Source: Octopus vulgaris (lineage: Eukaryota). Taken from it: a DNA stretch of 64,000 nucleotides. The notes under the pieces were generated by a model. It had not been told where the DNA came from. It made no database searches and saw only the letters and a program-made list of their open reading frames with translations. The stretch lies in NCBI GenBank assembly GCA_951406725.2, contig OX597820.1, positions 107,384,001 through 107,448,000 of the forward strand, written 5' to 3'. The translations under genes were made by a program, and so were the position numbers. This document shows, in pieces, positions 12,195 through 26,919 of the stretch. How positions within the stretch are numbered: position 1 is the first letter of the stretch; every line of letters starts with the position of its first letter.

Positions 12195-14613
12195 AGGTGC
12201 TTTTTATGTGCCACCGGCACAAGTATCACAACTATAATTTCCATTTGATTTATATTTTGATGTTGATGTATTTGACTCAACAGGACTCCCCAAGCACAGC
12301 AGGTCACCTTGCTGCTCATGCTTGACCACCTTGTCCCATGTCTTCCTGGGTCTACCTCTACCCCGGGTTCCTTCAACAGTTTGGGAGTGGCACTTCTTCA
12401 CACATCTTTCCTCATCAATCTGTAGTACATGACCATACAAGCGCAAACGTTTCTCCTGCACACTGCATCCGATGCTTCTTATGTCCAAAATTTCTTTCAG
12501 AGCACTTACTCTCTGTCGTGAGTGCACACTGACATTACACATCCAGCGGATCATGCTAGCTTCATTTCTTTCGAGCCTATGCATGTCTTCCGCAGTCACA
12601 GCCCATGTTTCACTGCCGTGAAGCATGGCAGTTTGCACACATGCGTCGTTCAATCTATCTTTCACTCTGAGCGAGGGACCCTTTGTCGCCAGTAGGGGAA
12701 GAAGCTTTCTAAACTTTTCCCAGGCTATTATTATTCTAGGCTATTATTATTCTGAGCATCCACCCCCACTACTAACTTGGTCACCTACGCAGCGGAAACT
12801 ATCAACTACTTCTAGTTTCTCACCCTGGAGTGTGATGGAATCTGTTTTCTGAGTATCTGTGGTGTCTCTTGCCCCTGTGCATCTGCCGCACATGATAGCT
12901 ATCTTCTCGGTTAATCTTCCTTTGATGTTCCGGCACTTCTTATGTGTCCATAGCTAACACTGGGTACATCTTATGGAGTTTCTACCTACACCTTTTCTAC
13001 AGATCGAGCAGGGCCACCTTCCTGAAGGGGTGTGCAATGAGTTCACCTTCCTACTTACTAGAAGTTTGGTCTTTACTACATTGACTCTAAGGCCTTTTGA
13101 TTTTAAACCTAGCTTCCACACCCAAAATTTCTTTTCTAGTTCCGGTAGTGATTCTGCTATGAGGGTCAGGTCATCAGCAGAGAGGAGCTCCTAGGGGCAA
13201 CCCATCTTGAATTCCTCTGTTATTGCCTGGAGAACTATGATGAATAAAAGGGGACTGAGGGCTGAACTTTGGTGGACCCCTACTTCTATTTGGAATTCTT
13301 CACTATACTCAGTGCCAATCCTAACCTTACTAACGACCTCTCTGTATAGGGCCTGTACAGCCCTTATTAACCATTCGTCAATCTCCAGTTTCCGCATTGC
13401 CCTCCAGATAAGGGATCGGGGGACGCTGTCAAAGGCTTTCTCCAAGTCCATGAAAACTAAGTAGAGGGGTTTATCTTTAGCTAGGTATTTCCCTTGCAGT
13501 TGTCAAACCAGGAATATGGCATCAGTGGTGCTTCTACCCGGCACAAAACAGAACTGCATCTCATCTAAGCAGACTCTCTCCCTAATGAGATAGGCTATGA
13601 CCCTCTCCGTGACCTTCATCACCTGATCCAGCAGTTTGATACCCCTGTAGTTATTTCTATCTAGAGCATCACCTTTACCCTTGTAGCAGTTGACTATCAT
13701 GCTGCTACGCCAGTCATTGGGTATGACTCCATCATGAACTACCTGGTTTACAATGCGGGTGACTAGGCTATAGCCCACATCACCAGATGTTTTAAGCATC
13801 TCAGCAGTGATTCCTGATGGGCCGGGGGCTTTTCCTGGTTTCATATCTTAATTGCTTTATCTACCAGCGAGCTGTCCATTCGGATAGCTGGTCCCTCTAC
13901 TGGGTCAACATTTAGCAGGCTCTCCTCCTCCCATTCATTCTCCACATTCAGCAGTCTTTCACAATGGCTTCTCCAAGCCACTTTCTTTTCAGAAACATTA
14001 AAACCAAGTGCACCATCATCCATGTGGACAGATTTCTCTCCTGTGACATCACAATTTTCTCTCACACACTGTCTTGCTATCTGAAATACCTCAGTCCTTT
14101 GGTCCTCACATCACTGGACATTGGCAAACTTCTTCTTTTCCGCTTCGCCCTTGGATATGTATACCTGCTGCCCAGCGTCCCTTTTGGCTACCTGGTACAG
14201 TTCCCTGCTACCCCCCACCCTTCCAGGCTTTCCAGGCCTGTTTCTTTGCTCTAATGGCTTTGTCTACCGTTCTATTTCACCACCACATAACTCTAGATCT
14301 GGAAGGGACTTTGCACCATCTGCAGACTTGGTCTGTGGCATTCAGCAAGCTGTCCTGTAGGAATTTCCAGCTACCTTCTATGTCCAACGTCTGTAGCTCC
14401 ACCTCCCTCTCATCAAATTTCTTGATGAGTATGTACCTAAATCTCTGACCATGTGAAGGGTTCTTTAGCTTCCAAATCCTTCTTTTTGGGATTGGTCTGC
14501 TTCTTGGTATGCTTCTGGCCTCAAGTCTAAAGTCACTAATGACTAGCCTATGTGGGGGGGGGGGTACATTCTTCACCCGGGAGCAACCCTGCGTCCCGCT
14601 GTCTTGTGAGGAT
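12195..14613 (-). mobile_element. RTE-clade LINE copy, decayed (endonuclease end, RT, PHD, partial 3' UTR)
   Basis: ORF fragments KAPGPSGI, NYRGIKLL, DLEKAFD, MLHGSETW; frameshifts and stops. Confidence 0.92.
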
Positions 14614-14631
14614 AAAACATATATATATATA

Positions 14632-15885
14632 TCAGGTCATCCCATAAGTTCTGTCCGAATTTTGAATAAAGAAAACAAGTGATTAAATGTTATATTTAAT
14701 TGAAATTTAATCAAGGTACTTTCCCTGATTATCTATGACTTCCTTTCATCTATTTACAAGTTTTTTAATCCCATCAATGTAAAACTCTTTTGGTTTTAAA
14801 GTGAAGAACTCTGAAATGTCAGTTTCGACTTCCTCCTGGCTTGCAAAAGTTATGTTCCCCAAATGATTCTGTAAACTACGAAACAAATGGTAGTCTGAAG
14901 GAGCAAGGTCGGGAGAATAAAATGGAACAGGAATGCTTTCCCAACCAAGCTCTTCGATCTTCTGTAATGTGATCTTTGCAGTGTGGGGTCGCGCATTGTC
15001 CTGATGAAACATCACTCCTTTTCAATTCTTTAAAGCAGGTCTTTTTTTATTCAAAGCTTGCTTCAAATGCTCTAATTGCTAACAGTAGACTTGAGCATTA
15101 ATTGTTGCATTAGGTGGTAACAATTCAAAGTGAATTACTCCTTTGCAATCCCACTAGATAGAGAGAAGAAGCTTTTCCCATGAAGTTCCCTTCTCAGCTG
15201 CGGTTGAGCTTTTTCCCTTTTACCAAGCCACTATTTATCACATTTAACATTTCAATAGATCCATTTTTCGTCACCAGTCACAAGTCTATCCAGAGAGGGT
15301 AAAATGAGTTCATGAGAATGGAAAGAAGAGCAAATGTAAACTCGGAATTTGTGGTTGCTTTTGGACAATTCATGAGGCACCCATTTTCCAAGTTTAGGAA
15401 CCTTTTCAAGTTGTTGAAGATGATGATGAACAGTTGTATAGTTTGAACTAAGCTTTATTGTCAATTCTTCAACTGATAAAGCATGGTTTTCTTCAAGTAA
15501 TGCTTCAAGGAGCTTATCATCAAACTCAACTGGACGTCCTGTTTGATCTTCATCTTCAAGGCTGAAATCTCCACTTCTGAATTTTGCAAACCATTTTCTG
15601 CAAGTTCTTTCATTCAAGCATTCTTTCCCATAAACTGAGTGTATGTTTTGAGTCACTTCGGCTGCAGAGTTTCCCTTTTTTGTATTCATAAAGGATTATG
15701 TGCCTCAAATGCTCTTTGGACACTTCCATGTTAAAAAGGGTTTCAATCAAAGAAATTTTAATTCTATTATTCTGTAAAATAATAGTTAATTAGTTTAAAT
15801 GTACACAAATGCATAAAAATAATTTTTAATTCCATTAGACATACTAAAATACTATTAAATTGTAATTCGAACTGAAATTATAGCC
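14632..15885 (-). mobile_element. Mariner transposon remnant (transposase pseudogene, ATG ~15729)
   Basis: WVPHEL, VTGDEKW, HQDNARPH, YSPDLAPSDYHLF motifs; TIR tcaggtcatcccataagttctgtccgaatt next to TA. Confidence 0.92.
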
Positions 15886-15957
15886 ATGAAACATACGTAG
15901 TCTTTTTCCTTATTATATATTGTTAATTCATTTTTGTACTTTTTGTGATCTAGTTAT

Positions 15958-16037
<80 letters not shown>

Positions 16038-16228
16038 AATAATATATTTTATTTTTTATTTATGATTTGGTTTATGACTATCATTGTTTGAATTACATAA
16101 TAGTGGTTTTTCTCTAATTTATATATATTATTATATATTTATATTGTGAAATTTGATTTAATACTAAATTGAATTTTTCCCTGTAAGTTTGGAGTTATAC
16201 TCCCTAAAATTATTATTATTATTATATA

Positions 16229-18803
16229 GGTCTCTAAGGGACAACCTGTGACAACTAGAGGTCTCAAAGTTCTCTAAGGGACAACCTGCTGAGAGCCACT
16301 GACCAGATCTGTGGATGGTGCTAAGTCCCCTCTCGACCCAAAATAACGTGGTGGTGGAACAATGTTGTAGACAGGGCTATTAGAGAAAAGAGACAGGCTT
16401 GGAAGGACTGGAAAAATGGTGGTAGCAGGGAATTGTATCAGACTACCAAAAGAGAAGCTAAGAGACAGGTTAATTTAGCCAGAGGGGAAGCAGATCAGAA
16501 AAAATTTGCCAATGTTCTGTGCCGTGAGGACCAAAGACTTGAGGTATTCCGTGTTGCAAGACAGGGTGTGAGAGAGAATCATGATATGGTAGGAGAGAAA
16601 TGTGTCTGCATGGATGATGACTCACTTGCGCTGAAAGAGGATGCAAAGAGAGAGGCTTGGAGACACCATTATGAGAGGCTGCTAAATGAGGAAAATGAAT
16701 GGGATAAAGAGAGTCTGCCGAATGTCGACCCAACAGAAGGACCAGCTATCTGAGTTGACAGTTCCTTAGTAGTTAAGGCAATTATAAGCATGAAGACAGG
16801 GAAAGCCCCAGGCCCACTAGGAATTGCTGCAGAGATGCTTAAAATATCTGGTAGTGTCGGCTATAGCCTAGTCACCCGTATAGTTAACCAGGTGATACAC
16901 GAAGGAGTCATACCCAATGACTGGTGTAGCAAGCAAAATAGTCAACTACTACAAAGGTAAAGGTATCGCTTTAGATACTAATAATTACAGAGGTATCAAG
17001 CTGTTGGATCAGGTAATGAAGGTTACAGAGAGGGTCATAGCCCAACAGATTAGGGAGAGAGTCAGCTTGAATGAGATGCAGTTTGGTTTCGTGCAAGGGA
17101 AAAGCACCACTGATGCCATATTTCTGGTGAGACAGCTGCAGGAGAAATACCTAGCCAAAGATAAGCCCCTGTACCTGGCTTTCGTTGACATGGAGAAAGC
17201 CTTTGACAGGGTCCCCCGATCCCTTATCTGGTAGTCAATGAGGAAACTAAGGATAGATGAATGGTTAGTGAGAGCTGTGCAAGCCATGTACAGAGACACT
17301 GTAAGTAAGGTGAGGGTTGGCAGCGAGTACACTAAAGAATTCAGGGTAGAGGTAGGGGTCCACCAAGGTTCAGTCCTCAGCCCCCTCCTATTTATCATAG
17401 TCCTCCAGGCAATAACGGAGGAATTTAAGACAGGATGACCCTGGGAGCTCCTATATGCTGATGACCTTGCTCTAATTGCTGAGTCACTATCAGAACTAGA
17501 GGCAAAGTTTCAAGTGTGGAGACAAGGATAAGAATCGAAGGGCCTTAAAATCAACCTCGCTAAAACCAAATGTAGGAAGGCAGGCAAATCACAAACGCCT
17601 TCAGGTAGATGGCCCTGCTCGATCTATAGAAAAGGCGTAGGTAGAAACTCTATAAGATGCACCAAGCGTAAGCTATGGACACATAAGAGGTGCAGCAATG
17701 TCAAAGGAAGGCTAACTGGGAAGATAGTTTTTGTATGTGGCAGATGCTCAGGAACAATAAACACTGAAAATGCTCAGAGACCAACTTCCGCCACATTCAA
17801 GGGAGGAAAACTAGAAATTGTTGATAGCTTCCGTTACCTAGGTGACCAAGTCAGTAGTGGGGGTGGGTGTGCTGAAAGTGTAAATGCTAGAGTAAGAATA
17901 GCCTGGGCAAAGTTCAGAGAGCTCTTACCTCTGCTGGTGACAAAAGGCCTCTCGCTCAGAATAAAAGGCAGACTGTATGTGTACGAACAGCCATGCTACA
18001 TGACAGTGAAACTTGGGCCGTGACTGCTGAGGATATGCGTAAGCTCGCAAGAAATGAAGCCAGGATGCTCTGATGGATGTGTAATGTCAGTGTTCATACT
18101 CGATAGAGTGTAAGTACCTTGAGAGAAAAGTTGGATCTAAGAAGCATCAGTTGTGGTGTGCAAGAGAGACGTTTGCGATGGTATGGTCATGTAGTGAGAA
18201 TGGATGAAGATAGTTGTGTGAAAAAGTGCCACACCCTAGTGGTTGAGGGAACCTGTGGAAGAGGTAGACCCAGGAAAACCTGGGACGAGGTGGTGAAGCA
18301 CGACCTTCGAACTTTAGGTCTCACCGAGGAAATGACCAGAGACCGAGACCTTTGGAAGTATGCTGTGCGTGGGAAAACCCGGCAGGACAAGTGAGACCAT
18401 AACTCGTGGCCTCTACCTGGGATGTAGCCAGCCCACTTATGCATACCTTTCCTTCTTGTGACACAAACCCTACTTGTGAAGACCTGTTGAGGCAAGTGAA
18501 AATCAAAATCAAAATCGAAATCGATCAACATCAATGGAAATTGTAGCTGTGATACCAGTGCCGGTGGCACGTAAAAAGCACCATCCGATTGTGGCCATTG
18601 CCAGCCTCGTCTGGCACCTGTGCAGGTGGCACGTAAAAAGCACCCACTACACTCACGGAGTGGTTGGCATTAGGAAGGGCATCCAGCTGTAGAAACACTG
18701 CCAGATCAGACTGGGCCTGGCGCAGCCTTCTGGCTTCCCAGACCCCAGTTGAACCATCCAACCCATGCTAACATGGAAAACAGACGTTAAGCGATGATGA
18801 TGA
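16229..18803 (+). mobile_element. RTE-clade LINE copy, 5'-truncated, several stops, complete 3' end
   Basis: Same protein as 43846..46053; YADD; 3' UTR ending in (GAT)n. Confidence 0.95.
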
Positions 18804-18834
18804 TATATGAATATATACATATATATATATATAT

Positions 18835-20633
18835 TAGGGTTATGGCTTTTTCATAACCTAATAACCCTATGCTGTATTTTGATGAATAATTTCACAAAAG
18901 TCAGGAAACTAACATTTATTTTGCATTATTTGAAAAAAACGTCACTCCCACTAACTTAAAAAATCGATCACCACTTTTGACCCAAATCATGCAAAATTCT
19001 AGTGGGGTTCATAACACCTGCTCAAGTCTTTGCCAAACTTTGTGTGCTGATTCGATGCAATGCAGAAATAGTATCTCTGAAATTCCAGCTTTCTGGTTGA
19101 AGTAGTTTCTGAGTGATGAGTTTTTTAAACTATAATCACCAAGTGGCACTATATTCACATTTCAGTATTTCCACTGCCTAAATCCTTGTAAATGCAAGAG
19201 AGATGTGGAATAAAAATGTATTTATACATTTTTAAGATTACTGAATTGATATTGCTCTATGCAAAGGTTGAATTCTAGGCTATTTTAAGACAGAGGTCAC
19301 TAAAAGCATTCAATAACATACAGTATAAAAAGCAATACATATTTTTAACTTAATTCCAATTTTAGATAACTGTATAAGAAAAGGGTGCTGAATGTTAGTA
19401 AATTTTAAAACATAACAAAGAATTAATGTTTTGTTAGATAAAATAAATCAAAGCTGAAGTTTCTCCTTTTTACAAACATTATAAAGATCTTGAAGGCACT
19501 TGATTGCTCGTTCTGCATTCTGATTTGTTCTGGAAATTTCCGGTTTTGATGGTTCTCAACTACAAAAGTTTTTTTTACATAGTTCAATGCTTTTTTATGA
19601 ATTTGTAGGCTACCACATAACTTCTGATAATCATGTGCTTTGAACACTTGGTCAGTAAACCAAAAATCAGCCCAGCTGTAAGAGATGAATCGACAAACAT
19701 TGAGAAGCAAAACTCTTTTCTGTGGTAGAAGAATAAATGCCAAAAGAGAATTCCATCTTACTCAAGTTGGATATTTTTTGAAACTTTACAGTAGGAAATT
19801 TTCCGGTTTCTTCCAAGAAACGAAAAACTCTGGTCAAATGAAATAGAAATTTCGTGTCATCTTGCCACCCTGCTGATCAAGTAATCTTTTCTTCACCATT
19901 GTTGAAATTAGCCTGGAGCTTCTTGTAATTACCTAGAAGCTCTGGGATGAATGTATATTCAATATTGGGAGATAACTTTTTTTCTCCAAGTTTGTTATCC
20001 ATTACAACACAAAGAACTCTATCAAGGATATGATGCTGACAACCTATAAATTACAATTCTTTCAAACCCTTTAGAGCAAACAATCTTTGCAACTAAATGA
20101 CAATGCCATTTCTTTTCTCAGTGTTCACGCTCATTGTATCAGTGACAATCATCTTTACACAGTTCCATAAATTGTATTCATCTGAAACAGCTTTTATTCC
20201 TTTCACAACAGTATCAGCTTTTCCATTTGGTAACTGGTGTGCTTCTAACTTAACTTCACTCTGTTCATTCTTTAAAACCAGCACTTGGTATTCTTGGTCA
20301 TCAACATGTTTGCCATCAAAATGCAATGACCAGTTTTTTAAATGTAGTGCTTTATTCATTTTCTTTTTTAGTTTAACAGCTACTTATACTTGAAAGCTGA
20401 ATTGCACTAAGTCAGCAAACCAAGTTTGGTAAAAACTTGAGCAGGCTTTATGAACCTCACTAAAATTTTGCATGATTTGGGTTAAAAGTGGTGTTAGATT
20501 TCTTCAGTTGGGGGAGATGTTTTTTTAAAAAACACAAAGTAAAGGTTATTTTCCCTACTTAAATGAAATTGCTCATCAACTTTTGATACAGGAAATTGTT
20601 TACTTCAAATAATAGCAAAAAGTCATTACCCTA
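18835..20633 (-). mobile_element. Internally deleted hAT-superfamily (hATm-like) transposon
   Basis: TIR tagggttatggctttt / aaaagtcattacccta with ~230 bp imperfect inverted arms; transposase pieces LHFDGK, DT.SVNT, GCQHHILD (CxxH). Confidence 0.7.
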
Positions 20634-20650
20634 ATATATATATATACAAT

Positions 20651-22140
20651 CATCATCATCGTTTCATGTCCATTTTCCATGCTGGCATGGGTTGGACGGT
20701 TTGACTGAAAACTAGTAAGCCAGGGAGCTGCACTAAGTTCCAATCTGATTTGGCAAGATTTCTTTGACTGGATGCCATGACTACAGTCCCATTTGGCTTG
20801 ACAGATCTACACAGCACAGTATATCGCCAAAGCTCTTGGTCACCTGTCACTGCCTCCATGAGGCCTGATGCTCAAACAGTGCTTTTTACGTGCCACCAGC
20901 ACAGATGCCACACACGGCACTGGCATTGGTTACAACTACAGTTTCACTTGGCTCAACAGGTCTTCACAAGTACAGTATATCACCCAACATTTGAAAGGTG
21001 CTTTTAACAGGCCAGTTACACAACACTGGCATCGGCTATGACTACGATCTCAGCTTGATGGGTCTTCTCAAGCATAGCATATCGCCAAAGATCTCGGTCA
21101 CTTCTCATTGCTTCCATGAGATCCAACATTCAGATCACACTTCCCCACCTCATCCCATATCTTCCTGGGTCTACAGGTTCCCTCCACCCTTAGAGTACAA
21201 CACTTCTTCACACAGCTGTCCTCATCCATATGTATCACATGACCATACCAGCATAGTCATCTCTCTTGCACACCACATTTGATGACTCTTATGTCCAGCT
21301 TTTTTCTCAGAACACTTACACTCTGTTGTGCATGCACACTGACACTACACATACTAGCTTCATTTCTTTCAAGCCTGTGCATCAGTCTGCCTTTCACTCT
21401 GAGCAAGTGGCCCTTTGTTACCAACAGATGTAGGAGCTCTCTGAACTTTGCCCAGCCTATTTGTATTCTAGCAGCTGTTCTCAGAGCATCCACCCCTACT
21501 ACTGACCTGGTCACCTAGGGAACAGAAGCTATTGACTACTTGTAGTTTTTCCCCACTGGCACATGATGGAATCTATTTTCTGCACATTTTTGATGTTAAT
21601 TGTACCTGTGCACCTTCTACACACAAAAACTATTAACCTGTTAACCTTCCTCTGATATTCCTGCACCTCTTATGTGTCCATAGCTTACACTGGGTACATC
21701 TTATGGAGTTTCTACCTACACCTTTTCTACAGATCAAGCAGGGTCATCTACCTAAAGGAATTTGTGATTTGTCTGCTTTCCTCCTTACTAAGACTTTGGT
21801 TCTTGCTAGGTTAACTCTAAAGCCCTTTGATTCTAATCCTTGCTTCCAGACCTGAAACTTCTCTAGTTCTCATAGTGATTCAGTTGCAAGAGCAAGGTCA
21901 TCAGCATAGAAGAGCTCCCAGGGGCAGCCTGACTTGAATTCCTCTGTTATTGCCTGGAGGACTATGATGAATAAGAGGGGGCTGAGGACTGATCCTTGGT
22001 GGACCCCTACTCCTATCCGGAATTCTTCACTATACTTATTGCCAACCCTCACCTTACTGACATTGTCCCTGTACATGGCTTGTACAGCTCTCACTGACTA
22101 CTTGTCTATCCCTAGTTTCCACATTGACCACCAGATAAGG
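20651..22140 (-). mobile_element. RTE-clade LINE 3' fragment, decayed
   Basis: GVHQGSVLSPLLF, YADD, (CAT)n tail at ~20651. Confidence 0.9.
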
Positions 22141-22556
22141 GCTCAGGGATAGACAGACAGACAGGCAGGCAAACATGCACAGATAAATGTGTATGAGTGA
22201 ATGAATGTCTGTTTTTGTGTATACCAATGTAAAATGATGTATACTTTTAATACCAAAAGGTAAAATTTTGTCATTTAAGAAATAAATACCATAACTATTG
22301 AACTGGAATAATTAGTGATGTTGATAGATTGACAAAAAGTTTTGATGACAGCCCCTGAGCATGGTTACAATCTAATTACTGGAACCAGGACATATATATT
22401 GCCTTGGCCTTGCAGTTCTTTTATGAAGTTATAATTGTGATGTTATAATTGCTGTTGTGATATTCAGCGAGTCTAAGATAACCTTTTTAGACCTGGTAAA
22501 ACCCAAACTGCTCCAGGTTTGGGTTTGGTATTGATATACCAATTACCCATCTGAGT

Positions 22557-22587
<31 letters not shown>

Positions 22588-22591
22588 TCCC

Positions 22592-22850
22592 CATCATCAC
22601 TTTTAAGTACACTTTTCCTTGCTCACATGAATCAGATGGAATTTGTTGAAGCAGATTTTCTACAACTTGATGCCCTTGCTGTCACCATCACTTGCCTGTT
22701 TCCAAGCAAGGCACTATTTCTCTATGGCTGGACATGTTTACACAAAAGATTTGAAATGAAGGTCACTGCTTGTATAATGGTGACATTCATTCACTGTGCA
22801 ATGTCAAGACAAAGAGGCACACACACATGCCTATACACACACACACACAC
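22592..22850 (-). mobile_element. Short repeat with an RTE-like 3' tail (SINE-like); further copies 24481-24745 and 27332-27600
   Basis: Shared ttttccatgcttgcatgggtcagatggaatttgttgaagcagattttcta block in three copies. Confidence 0.6.
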
Positions 22851-22959
22851 ACATATATGTATACATGTATATATATATATACACAGTGTATATGTGACAT
22901 ATAGCAAAATTAGTAGAACAATGGCCCTGTAAACATTCAACTTCTATTGAAGATTGAAA

Positions 22960-23320
22960 CACTTCCAAAAACCATTCTTGTATAATCTACTGTACTGTAA
23001 GAAATGGTGACTCTAGTATTTCAGCTGTTGACTTCACTGCTGATGTAGACATTTCTTGAAAGTGTGTTGTTACTTATGTAAATAAACTTGTCAACAGTCA
23101 ATGGAGCCTGATCCTTGACAGTGAGATGAAAGTTATTGCAGAAAGAAGAGAAAATGTTCATGTCTTGCTGCATCTCAGACTCTGAGTCCACATGAGGGCA
23201 GTCGTCTGCAGACAGAAATTCACACACAAGAGCCCTCCTTCATCTTATTTTCAGTCCCAGAGTCTCCTCAGTTTGAACGCCAACAGTAAGTTCTCATCAT
23301 CAATGACCTTGACAAATATG
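22960..23320 (-). mobile_element. Old LINE RT fragment (RTE-BovB-like)
   Basis: EFLSADDC...MQQDMNIFSSFCNNFHLT in ORF 23021..23227. Confidence 0.55.
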
Positions 23321-23321
23321 G

Positions 23322-23560
23322 TAGAGTACACAGTAAACCTACCTAGAGTACACCATAAGTAGGCCTAGAGCATACAGTAAACCTCCTTATAGTACACAGC
23401 AAATTTAGCAAGAGTACACAATAAATGTTCTTAGAGTACAGAGTAAACATGTCTAGAGTATATAGCCAACATATCTAGAGTAATCAGTAAACATGTCAAG
23501 AGTATACAATAAATATATCTAGAGTACACAGCAAACATGACAGAATATACAATTACATAT
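23322..23560. repeat. Minisatellite, ~22 bp unit (tagagtacacagtaaacatgtc), ~11 diverged copies
   Basis: Periodic agagtacaca.taaa visible directly. Confidence 0.85.
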
Positions 23561-23889
23561 GATGTTAACTAAATTTAAACATACTTGGAGGTTTTCCCTC
23601 AATCAAATGAATCAGTTCTATCAGAGATGACAGGGGTTTATGAAACAACAAAAGCAACAACTACAACCCATAGGTTAATTATTAACAAGACTTTGTCTTC
23701 TAATACTCAAGTGGATAATTCACATTTGTGTGTCTGAAAATAGGTAAAGGTAATATTTACTTGACACTGTAAGTTTAGTGTCAGTGTTGCTGAGGTCATG
23801 GTGTGAAATTTATATCTTACAGTTGTTGGCCTAACCCCTTCTAATCTCTCAGTCATCGTTGTCTTCCATTTTTAGGGAACAACTTTTTA

Positions 23890-24099
<210 letters not shown>

Positions 24100-25043
24100 C
24101 TATAAAAGATTTTACAATATTTTAACAATTAATAAAAAAATTATTGGAAATTACTACAATTTGTCTAGTTCTTTTCACACTTTTTAGCTTCATTGTTGAC
24201 TGAGTCATTTCTTAGTTATTTTTGAAGCCTAAGAATTGCAGAGAACACTGTTATATCAGTTAAGAGAGTTTTACAACTGACACCATCCATTAAGTTAGTT
24301 ATATAGTTTCTCTTCTGCTTATAGCAATGTCTCATACCATTTCCATTTACAGCTATCATTTTCACTAAAAAAAAACAACTTGGTGTTTGTGATGTTATAT
24401 GAAAAGAAGTCTTTATATGGCGAGTTTATATATATATATATATATATATATAGATAGATAGATAGATATATAAATAGCATTATCATCATATTCTAGTGTC
24501 CACTCTTCCATGTTTGCATGGGTCAGATGGAATTTGCTGAAGCAGATTTTCTACAGCCAGGTTTAATGATAGGATGGATCCTGTCATCAATCCTCACCCG
24601 TTTCCAAGGTAATATATCTTCATGGCCGGCCATTTTCAGTGAGAGACCAGAAATGAACAACACATGTGAGACACTTGCCCACAGTGCTGTGCAAGTGGGT
24701 CTGAACCAAAAACCACATGGCTGGGAAGCAAGCTTCTCAACTGCACAGCTGCAGCTTAAGAACTTGGCCAATAAAATTGTTTACAGATAGTAAATATAAA
24801 TTAAAAAAACAAAATAATGACCTAATAATTAAGGATTGCAGTTTCACTTTAGTTGCTTTTATTTTTTTTTTTACTGTCGTTTATTTTACTGACCTCAGAA
24901 TTGAAAGTCAAAGTTAACTTTAGCTGGATTTAAACCCCAAACAGTGAATTACTGAACAAAATACATATAAAGCACCCACTATGATGTTCTACTCTTCAGA
25001 AATTTAATACTTCGGTTTTCAATGAAAGGCAAAGATGACATAC

Positions 25044-25121
25044 TTGCATATGGAGTGGAATCCCTGATGTTTCACTGTTATATAATAGTGCCACCTGCAA
25101 CTGGAGAAAGTCCCAATCTTC
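25044..25121 (-). CDS. POLR3A: POLR3A internal exon (78 bp), [26 protein letters not shown]
   Basis: Matches RPC1 [22 protein letters not shown]; attag| acceptor, |gtatgt donor. Confidence 0.95.
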
Positions 25122-26501
25122 CTAATAACAAATATAAAAAAGTAAATCTAAATATTTTTTGTTTCACATAGATATAAGGCATTTTCATTTAGGAATTACA
25201 CTAGCTTCACAAAAGTCTTTAATTTCTGATGCCTGTTAGCCTCTTAAATCATAAACTCTGGGTAATCCCCTGACACTATACCATGTCCTGAGACAACACT
25301 GAATTCTTCTCAGTTTCAGTTAATATAACTGGAAATTAGAGACTAACCTTAATACTGGTTTCAAATTTTAGCACAAGGCCAGAAATTTCGTGGGAGGGAT
25401 TAAGTTGATTTCCTCAACCCCAGTGTTCAACTGGTTCTTATTTTATCAACCTTGGAAAGATGAAAGGCAAAGTCAACCTCAGCAGAATTTGAACTCAGAG
25501 TGTAAAGACAAACAAAATGCTGCTAAACATTATACCTGGTGTGCTAACGGTTGCACAAGCTCACTGCCTTAAAAATAAACTTTAATATTAATACCATATT
25601 AGTATTGTATAACTGCAGTGGTATCATGTTGTCAACAGATATATATCCCAGCTGAGTAAGTGATGTTGAGTGAAGTCATGTGTGTCACCGGATTTTGATT
25701 CTCAATTGAAGCTAGAGCCTCTCACTTGTGCTACTGATAGCTTCAGTAAACTGAACATCCCAACATCTCTATTGTCTTCACTTTGTAAATATAATACCCT
25801 GTAATAATACTGTATTTAGTAAAGACATAGACATTACAACATTGCAATTTCCTTCACTCTATGCGCTACTGATATCTTCAGGTATGAACTTCATAACATT
25901 TCCACGTCTTTAACCTATCCTACTGATATCATAAAATTCTTCAGTCTATAAATATAATAATACTACTGACTTCTTCAGGAAAGCCGTGACATCACAATAT
26001 TTCATTTTCCTTCATATTATAAATACAATATTTTGTGAAAGGTTAAAAGTGACATATTTTAAACATCAATTTCTCACAATGACATATAATCATAAACTTA
26101 TTGGAGTGGAATGTGGTCAAGCAAATTGACACCGATACATGTCCAGAGAGAAGAAGGCAAAGTTAGCACTCATAGGATTCAATGAAGGAAGTAGAAGGAC
26201 ATATACTAGAAATCATTAAGGCTGATCTTGCCATTCTGGGGATAAATGGTGTTTTGTCAAGGAACTCAGTCCAGATTGTATAGCCCTATGATGTGACGTA
26301 CCTCATCCATAACTATCCTGTCTACTTTTTAAGCATAGGGTATCTAAGACTATATTATTCAATGTGTCCTTCCTTCTTTTTTATGACAGTAGTTCTATCC
26401 CCTCACACATTATATCTCACATCAATTTTTATGACCATGTATATGGCTACTATTTCTAGTACATCAAGTGACATACTAGATCCATGCTGATTTGCTTCTT
26501 A

Positions 26502-26635
26502 ACTGAGTAATTAGCTGTTTCATTGTTGGGTAGTTAACAGGTCCAGAGCTGAGTAATTAGCTGCTTCATAATTAAGTAATTAGCTGGCTTATATCTGAGT
26601 AATTTTCTGATCTGTAGAGGAGTAATTAGCTGTAG
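26502..26635. repeat. Short minisatellite with ctgagtaattagctg core
   Basis: About 5-6 recurrences at ~23 bp spacing. Confidence 0.7.
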
Positions 26636-26919
26636 GTAGAGTCTCCAGCAATAAAAACTATTGCTCCAATTGGCTGACAGCTTCCAACTCTCCAAATTAG
26701 CATAAATATAAAACTGTTACAAAAAAAACTAAATTCGTCTGTATCCCTTAAATAAGTGCCTGTCAAATCGATAGCCCTGCATCCCTTAAATAGATCTGCC
26801 TTAAAAGAAGCCTGTATACATCAAAACAGGTCTGTATACTCTCCAAATCCTGCTGGTTTCAAATGAATTCCTGACATTTTGCAGATTATAAAGCAACAGT
26901 AGGGAATTAAAATATTTAC

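Noticed and set aside
14632-15885. SETMAR-like domesticated gene
   Set aside because: No SET domain; frameshifts and stops; TIR present
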